Shown one piece after another: positions 1 to 6,213 of a DNA stretch of 32,808 bases (position 1 is the stretch's first letter; each line of letters opens with the position of its first letter). This DNA comes from an uncultured Clostridium sp. (GTDB lineage: Bacteria > Bacillota > Clostridia > TANB77 > CAG-508): NCBI GenBank assembly GCA_946545035.1, contig CAMNND010000001.1, positions 1 through 32,808 of the forward strand. The letters run 5' to 3'. Below the pieces are notes generated by a model that was not told the DNA's origin, ran no database searches, and saw only the letters and a program-made list of their open reading frames with translations. Both the position numbers and the translations under genes were made by a program.

Positions 1-36
1 TGTGAGCATTTTATGGAGATGCTCAGTTCCTGTTTA

Positions 37-297
37 CTATCTGGCAATAAATGCCTTGATTACGTCCTCCGCATGGAGATACCCTTCTACCTCATCATCC
101 CAATCTTCATGTGCGGGTGGCATAGACTCTAGCAGCCCCTCTTTTGCACCATAAGTCCCACGACCATAAATAACAGAAACACGGCCAGAAGTAATAGGAG
201 AGGTAAAGTGAATGCGCTCAATACCAAAAGAGCAAGGGGTGGTGTAAGGAATTCCCAACTCATCCAGCGCAGCCGCGACCTTGTTCAGCTCGTCCAT
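37..297 (-). CDS. Hypothetical phage early protein (86 aa)
   Basis: ORF with SD AAAGGA upstream, TAG(TAA) stop and its own sigma-70 promoter at 332-360. Its Trp is TGG. Confidence 0.8.
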   Translation of the reverse strand: MDELNKVAAALDELGIPYTTPCSFGIERIHFTSPITSGRVSVIYGRGTYGAKEGLLESMPPAHEDWDDEVEGYLHAEDVIKAFIAR

Positions 298-331
298 CTT
301 TTTTCCTTTCTTTTGGGTTGCCGTTAAGGCA

Positions 332-360
332 ATTGTAGCATAGAGGCAGAGTCTTTACAA
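332..360 (-). promoter_or_regulatory. Sigma-70-type promoter
   Basis: Minus strand TTGTAA-17 bp-TACAAT with TGn extension, upstream of the 37..297 gene. Confidence 0.7.
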
Positions 361-384
361 CGTGGGTAGACTCTTCATAGTCTT

Positions 385-426
385 TTCATAACTCAGTACC
401 GAAGTCCTTCGGCTTAAAGATGCGGA
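385..426. repeat. Composite palindrome copy 1
   Basis: TTCATA-N8-CCGAAGTCCTTCGG(399-412)-N8-TGCGGA. Confidence 0.9.
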
Positions 427-459
427 GGTTTTGTGAAGGGACCTCCAAACTCTTGACTT

Positions 460-726
460 TTATTCATTAACTGTTACACGGTCAATTTCAATTTCACCAT
501 ACTCATTTGACCACATATCACCATCCATGTAAGCGGTGAGAGGAAATGAATAACCCCAAGGCTCTTCATAATAGTCAAAAGTAATAGTAAGGTTGGGTTG
601 CTTCATAACGAGATTGATAAACTGCATAGCTGCACGTCCCGCGAGTGCAAGATTAGAATACACTCCATACACAACCACATGGTCATGGTAGCCATACACG
701 GTAGTCTTAACAACATAAACAATCAT
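460..726 (-). CDS. Hypothetical phage protein (88 aa)
   Basis: ORF with SD GGAAGGG and TAA stop. Both Trp are TGG. Confidence 0.75.
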   Translation of the reverse strand: MIVYVVKTTVYGYHDHVVVYGVYSNLALAGRAAMQFINLVMKQPNLTITFDYYEEPWGYSFPLTAYMDGDMWSNEYGEIEIDRVTVNE

Positions 727-738
727 GATTTTCCCTTC

Positions 739-867
739 CTACAGTGTGAACATGAAAAGTAAAAAACAAATAAGCCATCCGAACAAAAAATACTCACAAA
801 TGCTTGACAAGAAGAAACAAATTATTCCAAGGGATACAACTACACATTCAAACCAGCCATAGTGCAT
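739..867 (-). CDS. Small hydrophobic (membrane) protein, 42 aa
   Basis: Read by hand as MHYGWFECVVVSLGIICFFLSSICEYFLFGWLICFLLFMFTL*. It fills the gap between neighbouring genes, with ATG 2 nt after the upstream TAA. Confidence 0.55.
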   Translation of the reverse strand: MHYGWFECVVVSLGIICFFLSSICEYFLFGWLICFLLFMFTL

Positions 868-869
868 TT

Positions 870-1058
870 TTAACCCCCAAAGACCATAATAGTGACATAC
901 ACAAGACAAGAGGTAACAAAAGCAGTCATTGCCATAGAACAGATAAAAATGACATAGGGCGCAAACTTCTCATTGTCATAAAAATACCACGCAAGGAAAT
1001 AAGTTGCCGCATACAGAATCGCACAAGCAACTGCAAAACCAAAGAAGTTAATACCCAT
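870..1058 (-). CDS. Small two-TM membrane protein (62 aa)
   Basis: Start moved to ATG 1058 (MGINFF...) because it follows SD GAAAGGA and the longer ORF start lies inside the promoter. Two hydrophobic segments. Confidence 0.7.
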   Translation of the reverse strand: MGINFFGFAVACAILYAATYFLAWYFYDNEKFAPYVIFICSMAMTAFVTSCLVYVTIMVFGG

Positions 1059-1091
1059 TTCTAAAATCCTTTCTCTCTTTTGGACAATTAA

Positions 1092-1120
1092 ATTATACCA
1101 AATTAAATTCATTCTGTCAT
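1092..1120 (-). promoter_or_regulatory. Sigma-70-type promoter
   Basis: Minus strand ATGACA-17 bp-TATAAT with TGn extension. Confidence 0.75.
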
Positions 1121-1154
1121 GAGATTTTCAATTTCACAATTTCTCCATATTTTT

Positions 1155-1196
1155 TCTACATCTTAGAACCGAGGTACTTCGGTCTTAAAGTGTGAA
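1155..1196. repeat. Composite palindrome copy 2
   Basis: TCTACA-N8-CCGAGGTACTTCGG(1169-1182)-N8-TGTGAA. Confidence 0.9.
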
Positions 1197-1199
1197 GAA

Positions 1200-1283
1200 T
1201 TAATGAAGCGGATGGCGCCCGCATGGACGCCCGCATACTCCAATCATCGCCGCAACCAATAAAACAAATGTTCGTCTTGTCAT
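1200..1283 (-). CDS. Possible 27-aa microprotein
   Basis: MTRRTFVLLVAAMIGVCGRPCGRHPLH*. ATG lies 1 nt after the upstream TAA (translational coupling); the SD is weak. Confidence 0.3.
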   Translation of the reverse strand: MTRRTFVLLVAAMIGVCGRPCGRHPLH

Positions 1284-1284
1284 T

Positions 1285-1359
1285 TTACTTCACATTCCAT
1301 ACGATAAAAGCAATAGGCGCTACATACAGCATAGCAAACATAGCAATAAAGTCAAACAT
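1285..1359 (-). CDS. 24-aa single-TM microprotein
   Basis: MFDFIAMFAMLYVAPIAFIVWNVK*. SD AGGTGG overlaps the end of the upstream gene. Confidence 0.45.
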   Translation of the reverse strand: MFDFIAMFAMLYVAPIAFIVWNVK

Positions 1360-1361
1360 AA

Positions 1362-1613
1362 CTACCACCTAATCAGAAAGTAACCACGATTATAATACTC
1401 AACCACATAACCATTAGAACGGAGAATGTGCAAGACCGCTTCAATCATACCCATGTCAAGTTTTACAGGCGGCTGATAGGTCGCATTTGTGTCACCATGC
1501 GCCGCATGATAAACGATAGTTGCATCGATAGTTTCAAGCATAGTGAGGATAGCAGACTCATTGTGAGCATGGTAGGCTGTGACTCTCGCTTTTGCTTCGT
1601 CTGCCTTAATCAT
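1362..1613 (-). CDS. Hypothetical phage protein (83 aa)
   Basis: SD GAGAGGA and TAG stop. Candidate promoter TTGTTT-17-TAGTAT at 1643-1671. Confidence 0.8.
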   Translation of the reverse strand: MIKADEAKARVTAYHAHNESAILTMLETIDATIVYHAAHGDTNATYQPPVKLDMGMIEAVLHILRSNGYVVEYYNRGYFLIRW

Positions 1614-1675
1614 TTTCTTATCCTCTCTCTTGGACTAACTATATACTATCAAATCCAAGAGACAAAAACAAATTC

Positions 1676-1717
1676 TACACATTTTAGAACCGAAGTGCTT
1701 CGGCGCTAAGTTGTGGG
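1676..1717. repeat. Composite palindrome copy 3
   Basis: TACACA-N8-CCGAAGTGCTTCGG(1690-1703)-N8-TGTGGG. Confidence 0.9.
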
Positions 1718-1751
1718 GTTTTTGTGAAGATACCCTAACTTCTTTTTTTTA

Positions 1752-2291
1752 TTACTTTAACCGTCCTTCTTTTTTCATTTTTGCAATTCTTTCCATAGCA
1801 ATAGCATAGGGGACAACGCCTTTTTCTTCAATAATTCGCGCAACCATTTCATCATGAGTTTCATTTCTTTCTGTAGAATAAGGCGCGGGAATAGGTGGGT
1901 TATAATCAGATATTGCATCCAAAACAAGAAAACCATTATTATAAATTTTAAGGAATAGCTGTTCTGTAATTTGGAACCACTCTTGACGATGTTTTTTAAT
2001 ACTAATTTTTGCTAGTGTTTTGTGATAATAGCCTTCGTGGTCTGTTTGTACAGTTTCAATCCAATCAATATAGTAAATGGCAGAATTATTAGTGCGATAG
2101 GCAGAAATTCTATTCTGCAATTTTGTAGTTTGCCCGACCTTAACCCAATAAGAAACCTCTTTGGTGAAAGGATTAAAAAGAGCTTGGCCGACAAGATACA
2201 GCCCACAGCACGGACCCTTCAAAAGTTTGGTCTTGAAATTGTCAGTGATGCAGTTTCCGCACTCTCGCATAAAATTCTCAGTCCAGCGCAT
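1752..2291 (-). CDS. GIY-YIG superfamily (T5orf172/MUG113-like) nuclease domain protein, 179 aa
   Basis: Motifs GLYLV...WVKVGQT..LQNRI..Y...EGYYH...EWF match the T5orf172-type pattern. True start is ATG 2291 after SD GAAAGGA. All 4 Trp are TGG. Confidence 0.7.
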   Translation of the reverse strand: MRWTENFMRECGNCITDNFKTKLLKGPCCGLYLVGQALFNPFTKEVSYWVKVGQTTKLQNRISAYRTNNSAIYYIDWIETVQTDHEGYYHKTLAKISIKKHRQEWFQITEQLFLKIYNNGFLVLDAISDYNPPIPAPYSTERNETHDEMVARIIEEKGVVPYAIAMERIAKMKKEGRLK

Positions 2292-2319
2292 TTCTTTCCT
2301 TTCTCTTGGAGACAATTAA

Positions 2320-2347
2320 ATAATATCATTTTGAAAAAAGATGTCAA
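2320..2347 (-). promoter_or_regulatory. Sigma-70-type promoter
   Basis: Minus strand TTGACA-16 bp-TATTAT with TGn extension. Confidence 0.75.
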
Positions 2348-2372
2348 GAACGTTTTTCATTTTCATTTTTCG

Positions 2373-2414
2373 TTCATAAGTTAAGGCCGAAGAACTTCGG
2401 TTTCAAATTGTGAA
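2373..2414. repeat. Composite palindrome copy 4
   Basis: TTCATA-N8-CCGAAGAACTTCGG(2387-2400)-N8-TGTGAA. Confidence 0.9.
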
Positions 2415-2439
2415 GGAACAGTGATTTTTTTCGATTTTC

Positions 2440-2472
2440 AAAAAAAAAAAAAGTGGCCCTAATTGGGGCCAC
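2440..2472 (-). terminator. Rho-independent terminator
   Basis: GTGGCCC-CAATTA-GGGCCAC hairpin followed by a long T run on the minus strand, just after the 2496..2882 gene. Confidence 0.8.
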
Positions 2473-2495
2473 GCGCAATTTCATTTTTAAATGGC

Positions 2496-2882
2496 TCACT
2501 CACCGTAAACCTTTGCATAAGCGACCTTCTTACCGTCACCCTTTGTGAACAGACCCATCTCACAAGCAACGCGAAGCACTGCGGCGGCCTTTTGCGTGGT
2601 CATAATCTCAGGCTTACCCATGGCAACAACATCCTTTGTCGTAACCACATCACCCGCATGGTCATAGACCCACTGTGCAAGGGCTTCATTACCCTTACGA
2701 GCCTTAGAGATAGCCTTCGCACGTGGCTTCGACAGCTGCTCAACCATCTTACTCATGACCTCAATAGTCGCGAGGTAATCAACATCTGCGAGGGCTTCGG
2801 GGCGAATAGCTTCAGTATTCATGTAGTCAAGAGCGGTAATAGCGATAGACAGAGCGGACTTGCGAGTGATGTTAGTGGCCAT
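2496..2882 (-). CDS. Basic, Ala/Lys-rich probable DNA-binding (winged-helix-like) early protein, 128 aa
   Basis: SD AGAAGG. The C-terminal pattern TTKDVV...TTQKAAAVLRVACEMGLFTK..GKKVAY resembles a wHTH helix plus wing. Ends in TGA with an in-frame TAA three codons later. Confidence 0.7.
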   Translation of the reverse strand: MATNITRKSALSIAITALDYMNTEAIRPEALADVDYLATIEVMSKMVEQLSKPRAKAISKARKGNEALAQWVYDHAGDVVTTKDVVAMGKPEIMTTQKAAAVLRVACEMGLFTKGDGKKVAYAKVYGE

Positions 2883-2950
2883 TGTGACCTTCTTTCTGCG
2901 AAGAACTCTTCGCGGTTTTGGGAGTGCCCTTTGCCCTCCCGCTGATTAAT

Positions 2951-2979
2951 AATATACTCTCTTCTTTTGGAGGCGTCAA
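2951..2979 (-). promoter_or_regulatory. Sigma-70-type promoter with structured 5' UTR
   Basis: TTGACG-17 bp-TATATT. The UTR has hairpins GGGAG/CTCCC and GCGAAGA/TCTTCGC. Confidence 0.75.
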
Positions 2980-3003
2980 TGATTTTTTTGCTTTCACATT
3001 TTC

Positions 3004-3045
3004 ATCACACGAACGAACCGAAGTACTTCGGTTTAGAAATGCGAA
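3004..3045. repeat. Composite palindrome copy 5
   Basis: ATCACA-N8-CCGAAGTACTTCGG(3018-3031)-N8-TGCGAA. Confidence 0.9.
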
Positions 3046-3078
3046 TTTTTTGTAGAGAAATTCACAAAACTCTTTTGA

Positions 3079-3297
3079 TTAATAAATTCCGATAAAAGTT
3101 GCATGAGGTGCAGTATTTGTATTATCACACGCATTTAGACTTTCATTCTCGCAATAATCGATACCTAAATCTGTAGACCAAACTTCCCTTTTTCCCCATC
3201 CTTCCGATGCTTCATAAGTGTCATAGATACGGACTTCGATATCTCCATTATCTTTCATGAGCTGTTCAAGAATAGAAATCAATTCAGAAACTAGCAT
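3079..3297 (-). CDS. Hypothetical acidic phage protein (72 aa)
   Basis: True start is ATG 3297 (MLVSELISILEQL...) after SD GAAAGGA. The leader is nearly identical to that of the 1752..2291 gene. Confidence 0.75.
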   Translation of the reverse strand: MLVSELISILEQLMKDNGDIEVRIYDTYEASEGWGKREVWSTDLGIDYCENESLNACDNTNTAPHATFIGIY

Positions 3298-3380
3298 TTC
3301 TTTCCTTTCTCTTGGGGACAATTAGATAATACTACAAGATGTGTAAAGGAAACTAATTTGTTTTTCAAGTTCATAATTAG

Positions 3381-3422
3381 AACATAATTATGCACCGAAG
3401 TTCTTCGGTGTTAAATTGTGAA
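3381..3422. repeat. Composite palindrome copy 6
   Basis: AACATA-N8-CCGAAGTTCTTCGG(3395-3408)-N8-TGTGAA. Confidence 0.9.
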
Positions 3423-3454
3423 GGAAACATGGATATTTTTTAAATTCAACTCGC

Positions 3455-3655
3455 CCATGCGGCGCTTGGCAAGCACACGAACGAGGAAACACAAATTTTT
3501 ATTACTCCCAAAGTGAGAGAGGGTCTAGAATTTTCTCACTTCGGGGTCCTCATTGGTGCGGGTGTGGGGACGTTCACCCCTACTATCTACGCGGGATGCC
3601 CCCTACGCCGAAGCCAAGAGTCATTTTCTTTCCCCCTTTCTTCTTTGTTCTCCTG
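3455..3655 (-). ncRNA. Candidate structured non-coding RNA
   Basis: GC-rich island behind a promoter (TTGCTT-17-TATAGT, 3665-3693) with only a 13-codon ORF. Nested pairings: CTTGGC/GCCAAG, GAGGA/TCCTC, CCCGAAGTGAGA/TCTCACTTTGGG and GGGG/CCCC. Confidence 0.35.
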
Positions 3656-3871
3656 ACAATTAATACTATACAGAATGAAGCTAAAGGAAGCAAGGAATTT
3701 TTTCAATTCACATTTTCTTCACTTTTAGGAGCCGGGTTTCTACAGCTGCGTAATATGTATTTTTAAAGGAAACTACCATATTTTTCATTTTTTAAATTTT
3801 TATTTTTTCCGCCCTTATAGCGTCATTTCTATAGAGATAACGTTTATAGAGATTTTGTGTTTTTCAATTTT

Positions 3872-3915
3872 ATCTTCACAGAATCTTCACAAAATCTACA
3901 CAGAATCTTCATAAT
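3872..3915. repeat. Four tandem 11-bp direct repeats (iteron-like)
   Basis: ATCTTCACAGA, ATCTTCACAAA, ATCTACACAGA, ATCTTCATAAT, next to an AT-rich stretch. Confidence 0.85.
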
Positions 3916-4006
3916 TTGTTCGTTTTTGTGTTCGGGGCCGTTCTTACTTTTAACTCTAACAGACAGATATGGAGAAAATGTGTAGGATTTTCATTTTTAT
4001 AATTAA

Positions 4007-4046
4007 TCTACAAATTCGAGCCGAGGGTTCGGCGTTTTTTTGTGGA
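4007..4046. repeat. Degenerate composite palindrome (12-bp core)
   Basis: TCTACA-N8-CCGAGGGTTCGG(4021-4032)-N8-TGTGGA. Confidence 0.7.
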
Positions 4047-4245
4047 GATTGTGAGGAAACAGAAAAAAGTTTCATTTGTGGGTTGTTTTTGTCTGTGCGA
4101 TGTGCTAAAATTTTCGGCCAACTGTGGAGATTTTGTGGAGAAATTTCATATTTAAAAGTTATGGAGTTTTTTCATTTTTTTCATGTTTCATATAAAAAAC
4201 ATAATTAGATACCGGAGTTTTAGGAACTTTTTAGTTTTTAATATT

Positions 4246-4476
4246 TTATCTACAATTGTTGATAATGTTGAGATTGTTGAAAATTTTCGTGTTGAAATTG
4301 TTGAAAACTTTCGGCCATACAAGGAACCGGAAACTTTTTTATGTTGAAAATGTTGAAAACTCTTCGGCCGCGCGCGAGAATGTTGAAAACTTATCTCCAG
4401 GTGCTTGGTTTTCAACATAGTTATCAACATGTAAGTGTAAAAGAAAAGGGCGCCCGCAGGCGCCCTATGTTGAAAA
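4246..4476. repeat. Cluster of 11 TGTTGA(A/T/G)A(A/T) 9-mers, DnaA-box-like; candidate replication origin
   Basis: Copies at 4257, 4266, 4275, 4290, 4299, 4342, 4351, 4381 and 4468 (+), inverted copies at 4409 and 4421, plus TTATCTACA at 4246. Confidence 0.8.
4439..4466 (-). terminator. Rho-independent terminator
   Basis: Minus strand AGGGCGCC-TGCG-GGCGCCCT-TTTCTTTT after the 4477..4641 gene. Confidence 0.75.
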
Positions 4477-4641
4477 CTAGCAGGGATAGGTTTGTGCATC
4501 GATTTCGTTGCACCAGATTTGCAGCTCGACCAGAGTATCGAAAAACTGTCCGCAGAACGGCGTCCAATAAGCATCATATAAAGTGTTATAAAAGAGCGGA
4601 TAATCACGGGAAAGAGTGAGGGTGCAGACGAATTCACTCAT
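4477..4641 (-). CDS. Small Cys/aromatic-rich hypothetical protein (54 aa)
   Basis: Strong SD GGAGG. Reads MSEFVCTLTLSRDYPLFYNTLYDAYWTPFCGQFFDTLVELQIWCNEIDAQTYPC*, followed by a terminator. Below the ORF-track cutoff. Confidence 0.7.
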   Translation of the reverse strand: MSEFVCTLTLSRDYPLFYNTLYDAYWTPFCGQFFDTLVELQIWCNEIDAQTYPC

Positions 4642-4705
4642 AGGATAACCTCCAAAGTAGTTGTTGACGTGATGGGGTAGGTCGATTAACCTACCCCGCT
4701 ATGAG

Positions 4706-4882
4706 CTAGTAGCGCTTGGCTGCAAGCAGCTCCGCGATTTCATCGTAGTCGCGTTCCTGCTGGACACACCGCTCTGCCATATACCGCGTTTTAAAGCGGC
4801 CACATTCGCGGCCACTCTCATCGGTGACGATAAAGCGGCGAACGTTCATATCGAGCGTGATGACGTAAGTATGGTTGAACAT
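4706..4882 (-). CDS. Hypothetical phage protein (58 aa)
   Basis: ATG 4882 after SD GGAGG, TAG stop, followed by hairpin 4674-4697. Confidence 0.75.
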   Translation of the reverse strand: MFNHTYVITLDMNVRRFIVTDESGRECGRFKTRYMAERCVQQERDYDEIAELLAAKRY

Positions 4883-4945
4883 TGTTTCCTCCATTCTATG
4901 TGGTAAGTGATAGGGTAGGGCCAAACGGCCCTACCCTGTTAGATA

Positions 4946-5464
4946 CTAGTTGTTCATCAGACCCGCCAGCGTCTCATAGGTCATCATCGAGCCGTCGTAG
5001 CCTGTTTTAATCTCCACATCTGCCACGTCTGTATGGTAGATATGTGCATCAGTGTTGTAGTTCCACGTTTGGTGGTAGATATTCTCTACCGCCCACGCTT
5101 CGAAGCGAACGCCCCTATTGTTAGCTTTTACCGTACCGTCTTTAGCACTGATATGGCTAACATATGGAGCGCTACGACGCTCGTACTCTTCGAGCGTCAT
5201 TGTATGCATGTCACTCATCATGTTGATGAGCGCCGCCTTTTGGCGATTAGTGGGCTTTATGCGCAGTTTAGGCAGACCGTTGGCAGCCGTGCCAAGGTAG
5301 CAATACGTGAGTAACCAGTTGAGGTCAATGCGGATATAACCATAGTAAATGCGACCAGACAGCTCAACCATCATGAGCAACTTATGAGTGAATGCATATT
5401 CATCATAGTATTCGCAAAAAGTGCGAAACATAGGCGAATTGTTGTCCTTACGTGTGCGTGCCAT
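4946..5464 (-). CDS. Hypothetical protein with possible C-terminal PD-(D/E)XK nuclease-like motif (172 aa)
   Basis: SD GGAG. Pattern NRG..FE...D....EIK near the C-terminus. TAG stop followed by hairpin 4912-4937. Confidence 0.6.
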   Translation of the reverse strand: MARTRKDNNSPMFRTFCEYYDEYAFTHKLLMMVELSGRIYYGYIRIDLNWLLTYCYLGTAANGLPKLRIKPTNRQKAALINMMSDMHTMTLEEYERRSAPYVSHISAKDGTVKANNRGVRFEAWAVENIYHQTWNYNTDAHIYHTDVADVEIKTGYDGSMMTYETLAGLMNN

Positions 5465-5488
5465 TTGTAGCATCTCCAATCTTGTGAG

Positions 5489-5504
5489 TGTTTCACGTGA
5501 AACA
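5489..5504. promoter_or_regulatory. parS: parS site (ParB/Spo0J-binding centromere consensus)
   Basis: TGTTTCACGTGAAACA is an exact match to the bacterial chromosomal parS consensus TGTTNCACGTGAAACA. The palindrome extends to 18 bp (5488-5505). Confidence 0.8.
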
Positions 5505-6213
5505 CGCTTATCTGTTAGGTGGTAGGTAGCTTATGCCCTCTTACGCGTGTGTGTCGCATTTTCCCGCTCGCACGTGTGTGCGCCTATTCTCTCCAATCCT
5601 ATAGGAATCCGCTAGGTCCTACGCGTGGGCTATCCGATTATCAGGGGCCTTGCACCCGCTTGGCGTTTGGTTTTCCCTCTCGCTGTCTACTATTCTCCAC
5701 ATATCGGGGCCGAATGCAAGCGTTATCCCCCGACGATTTGGGCGTCCACAGTCTCTCCACAATTGCCCATACAGTCACAGTGTTAGTTTAGGGTAACAGT
5801 ACAGACACACACATGCACACGCATGGGGCGGTACATACAGGCACATCCCGAGGTTGGACACTTCGCCCGAGCCGACGGGGTCCAGAAAATTCTCAAGAGC
5901 AATTTTCAATTGCTCATTCGGGAATTCTTAAGAGCAATTTTAAGTTTTCAATTCGATTAAAAAATTTTAAATTTGCCATTTTTTCTAGGTCTTTTAATCC
6001 TCTGACTACAATCTCCAGCCAAACTCTTCTTAGCTTTTGTAATTGCCGCACCTTTCTTACTTGCAATACTTCGTTTAATACTTTTCATATTTTCTCCTTT
6101 CTCTTTAATCTAATTATATTAAAATAAAGTTAATATGTCTATAATAATTATACATCTTGGGTCTTTTTAATTAAATTCTATTCAAAAAATTTTATATTAA
6201 CTAAGATTTTTTC

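Noticed and set aside
1752-3321. Paralogous N-termini 'MSPRERKEM' in two ORFs
   Set aside because: This is an artefact of translating a shared untranslated leader containing the SD. The true starts are ATG 2291 and ATG 3297.
385-3422. CRISPR array or integron attC array
   Set aside because: The repeats are 380-770 bp apart and separated by whole genes with promoters. There are no GTTRRRY/RYYYAAC cores, and no cas or integrase gene is in view.
3554-3624. tRNA gene (T-arm-like hairpin followed by CACCA on the minus strand)
   Set aside because: There is no matching 5' acceptor strand, no TTC in the loop and no D or anticodon arms. No tRNA, including tRNA-Trp(UCA), was recognised in the window.
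3969-4637. Track ORFs 3969..4208, 4188..4637 and 4341..4619
   Set aside because: They are translations of the repeat cluster, lack SD sites, and overlap a better-supported gene (4477..4641) and terminator.
804-6127. Plus-strand ORFs in the early arm (804, 1428, 2022, 2463, 5033, 5118, 5519, 5813)
   Set aside because: These are antisense shadows of minus-strand genes or SD-less ORFs in the non-coding divergence zone.
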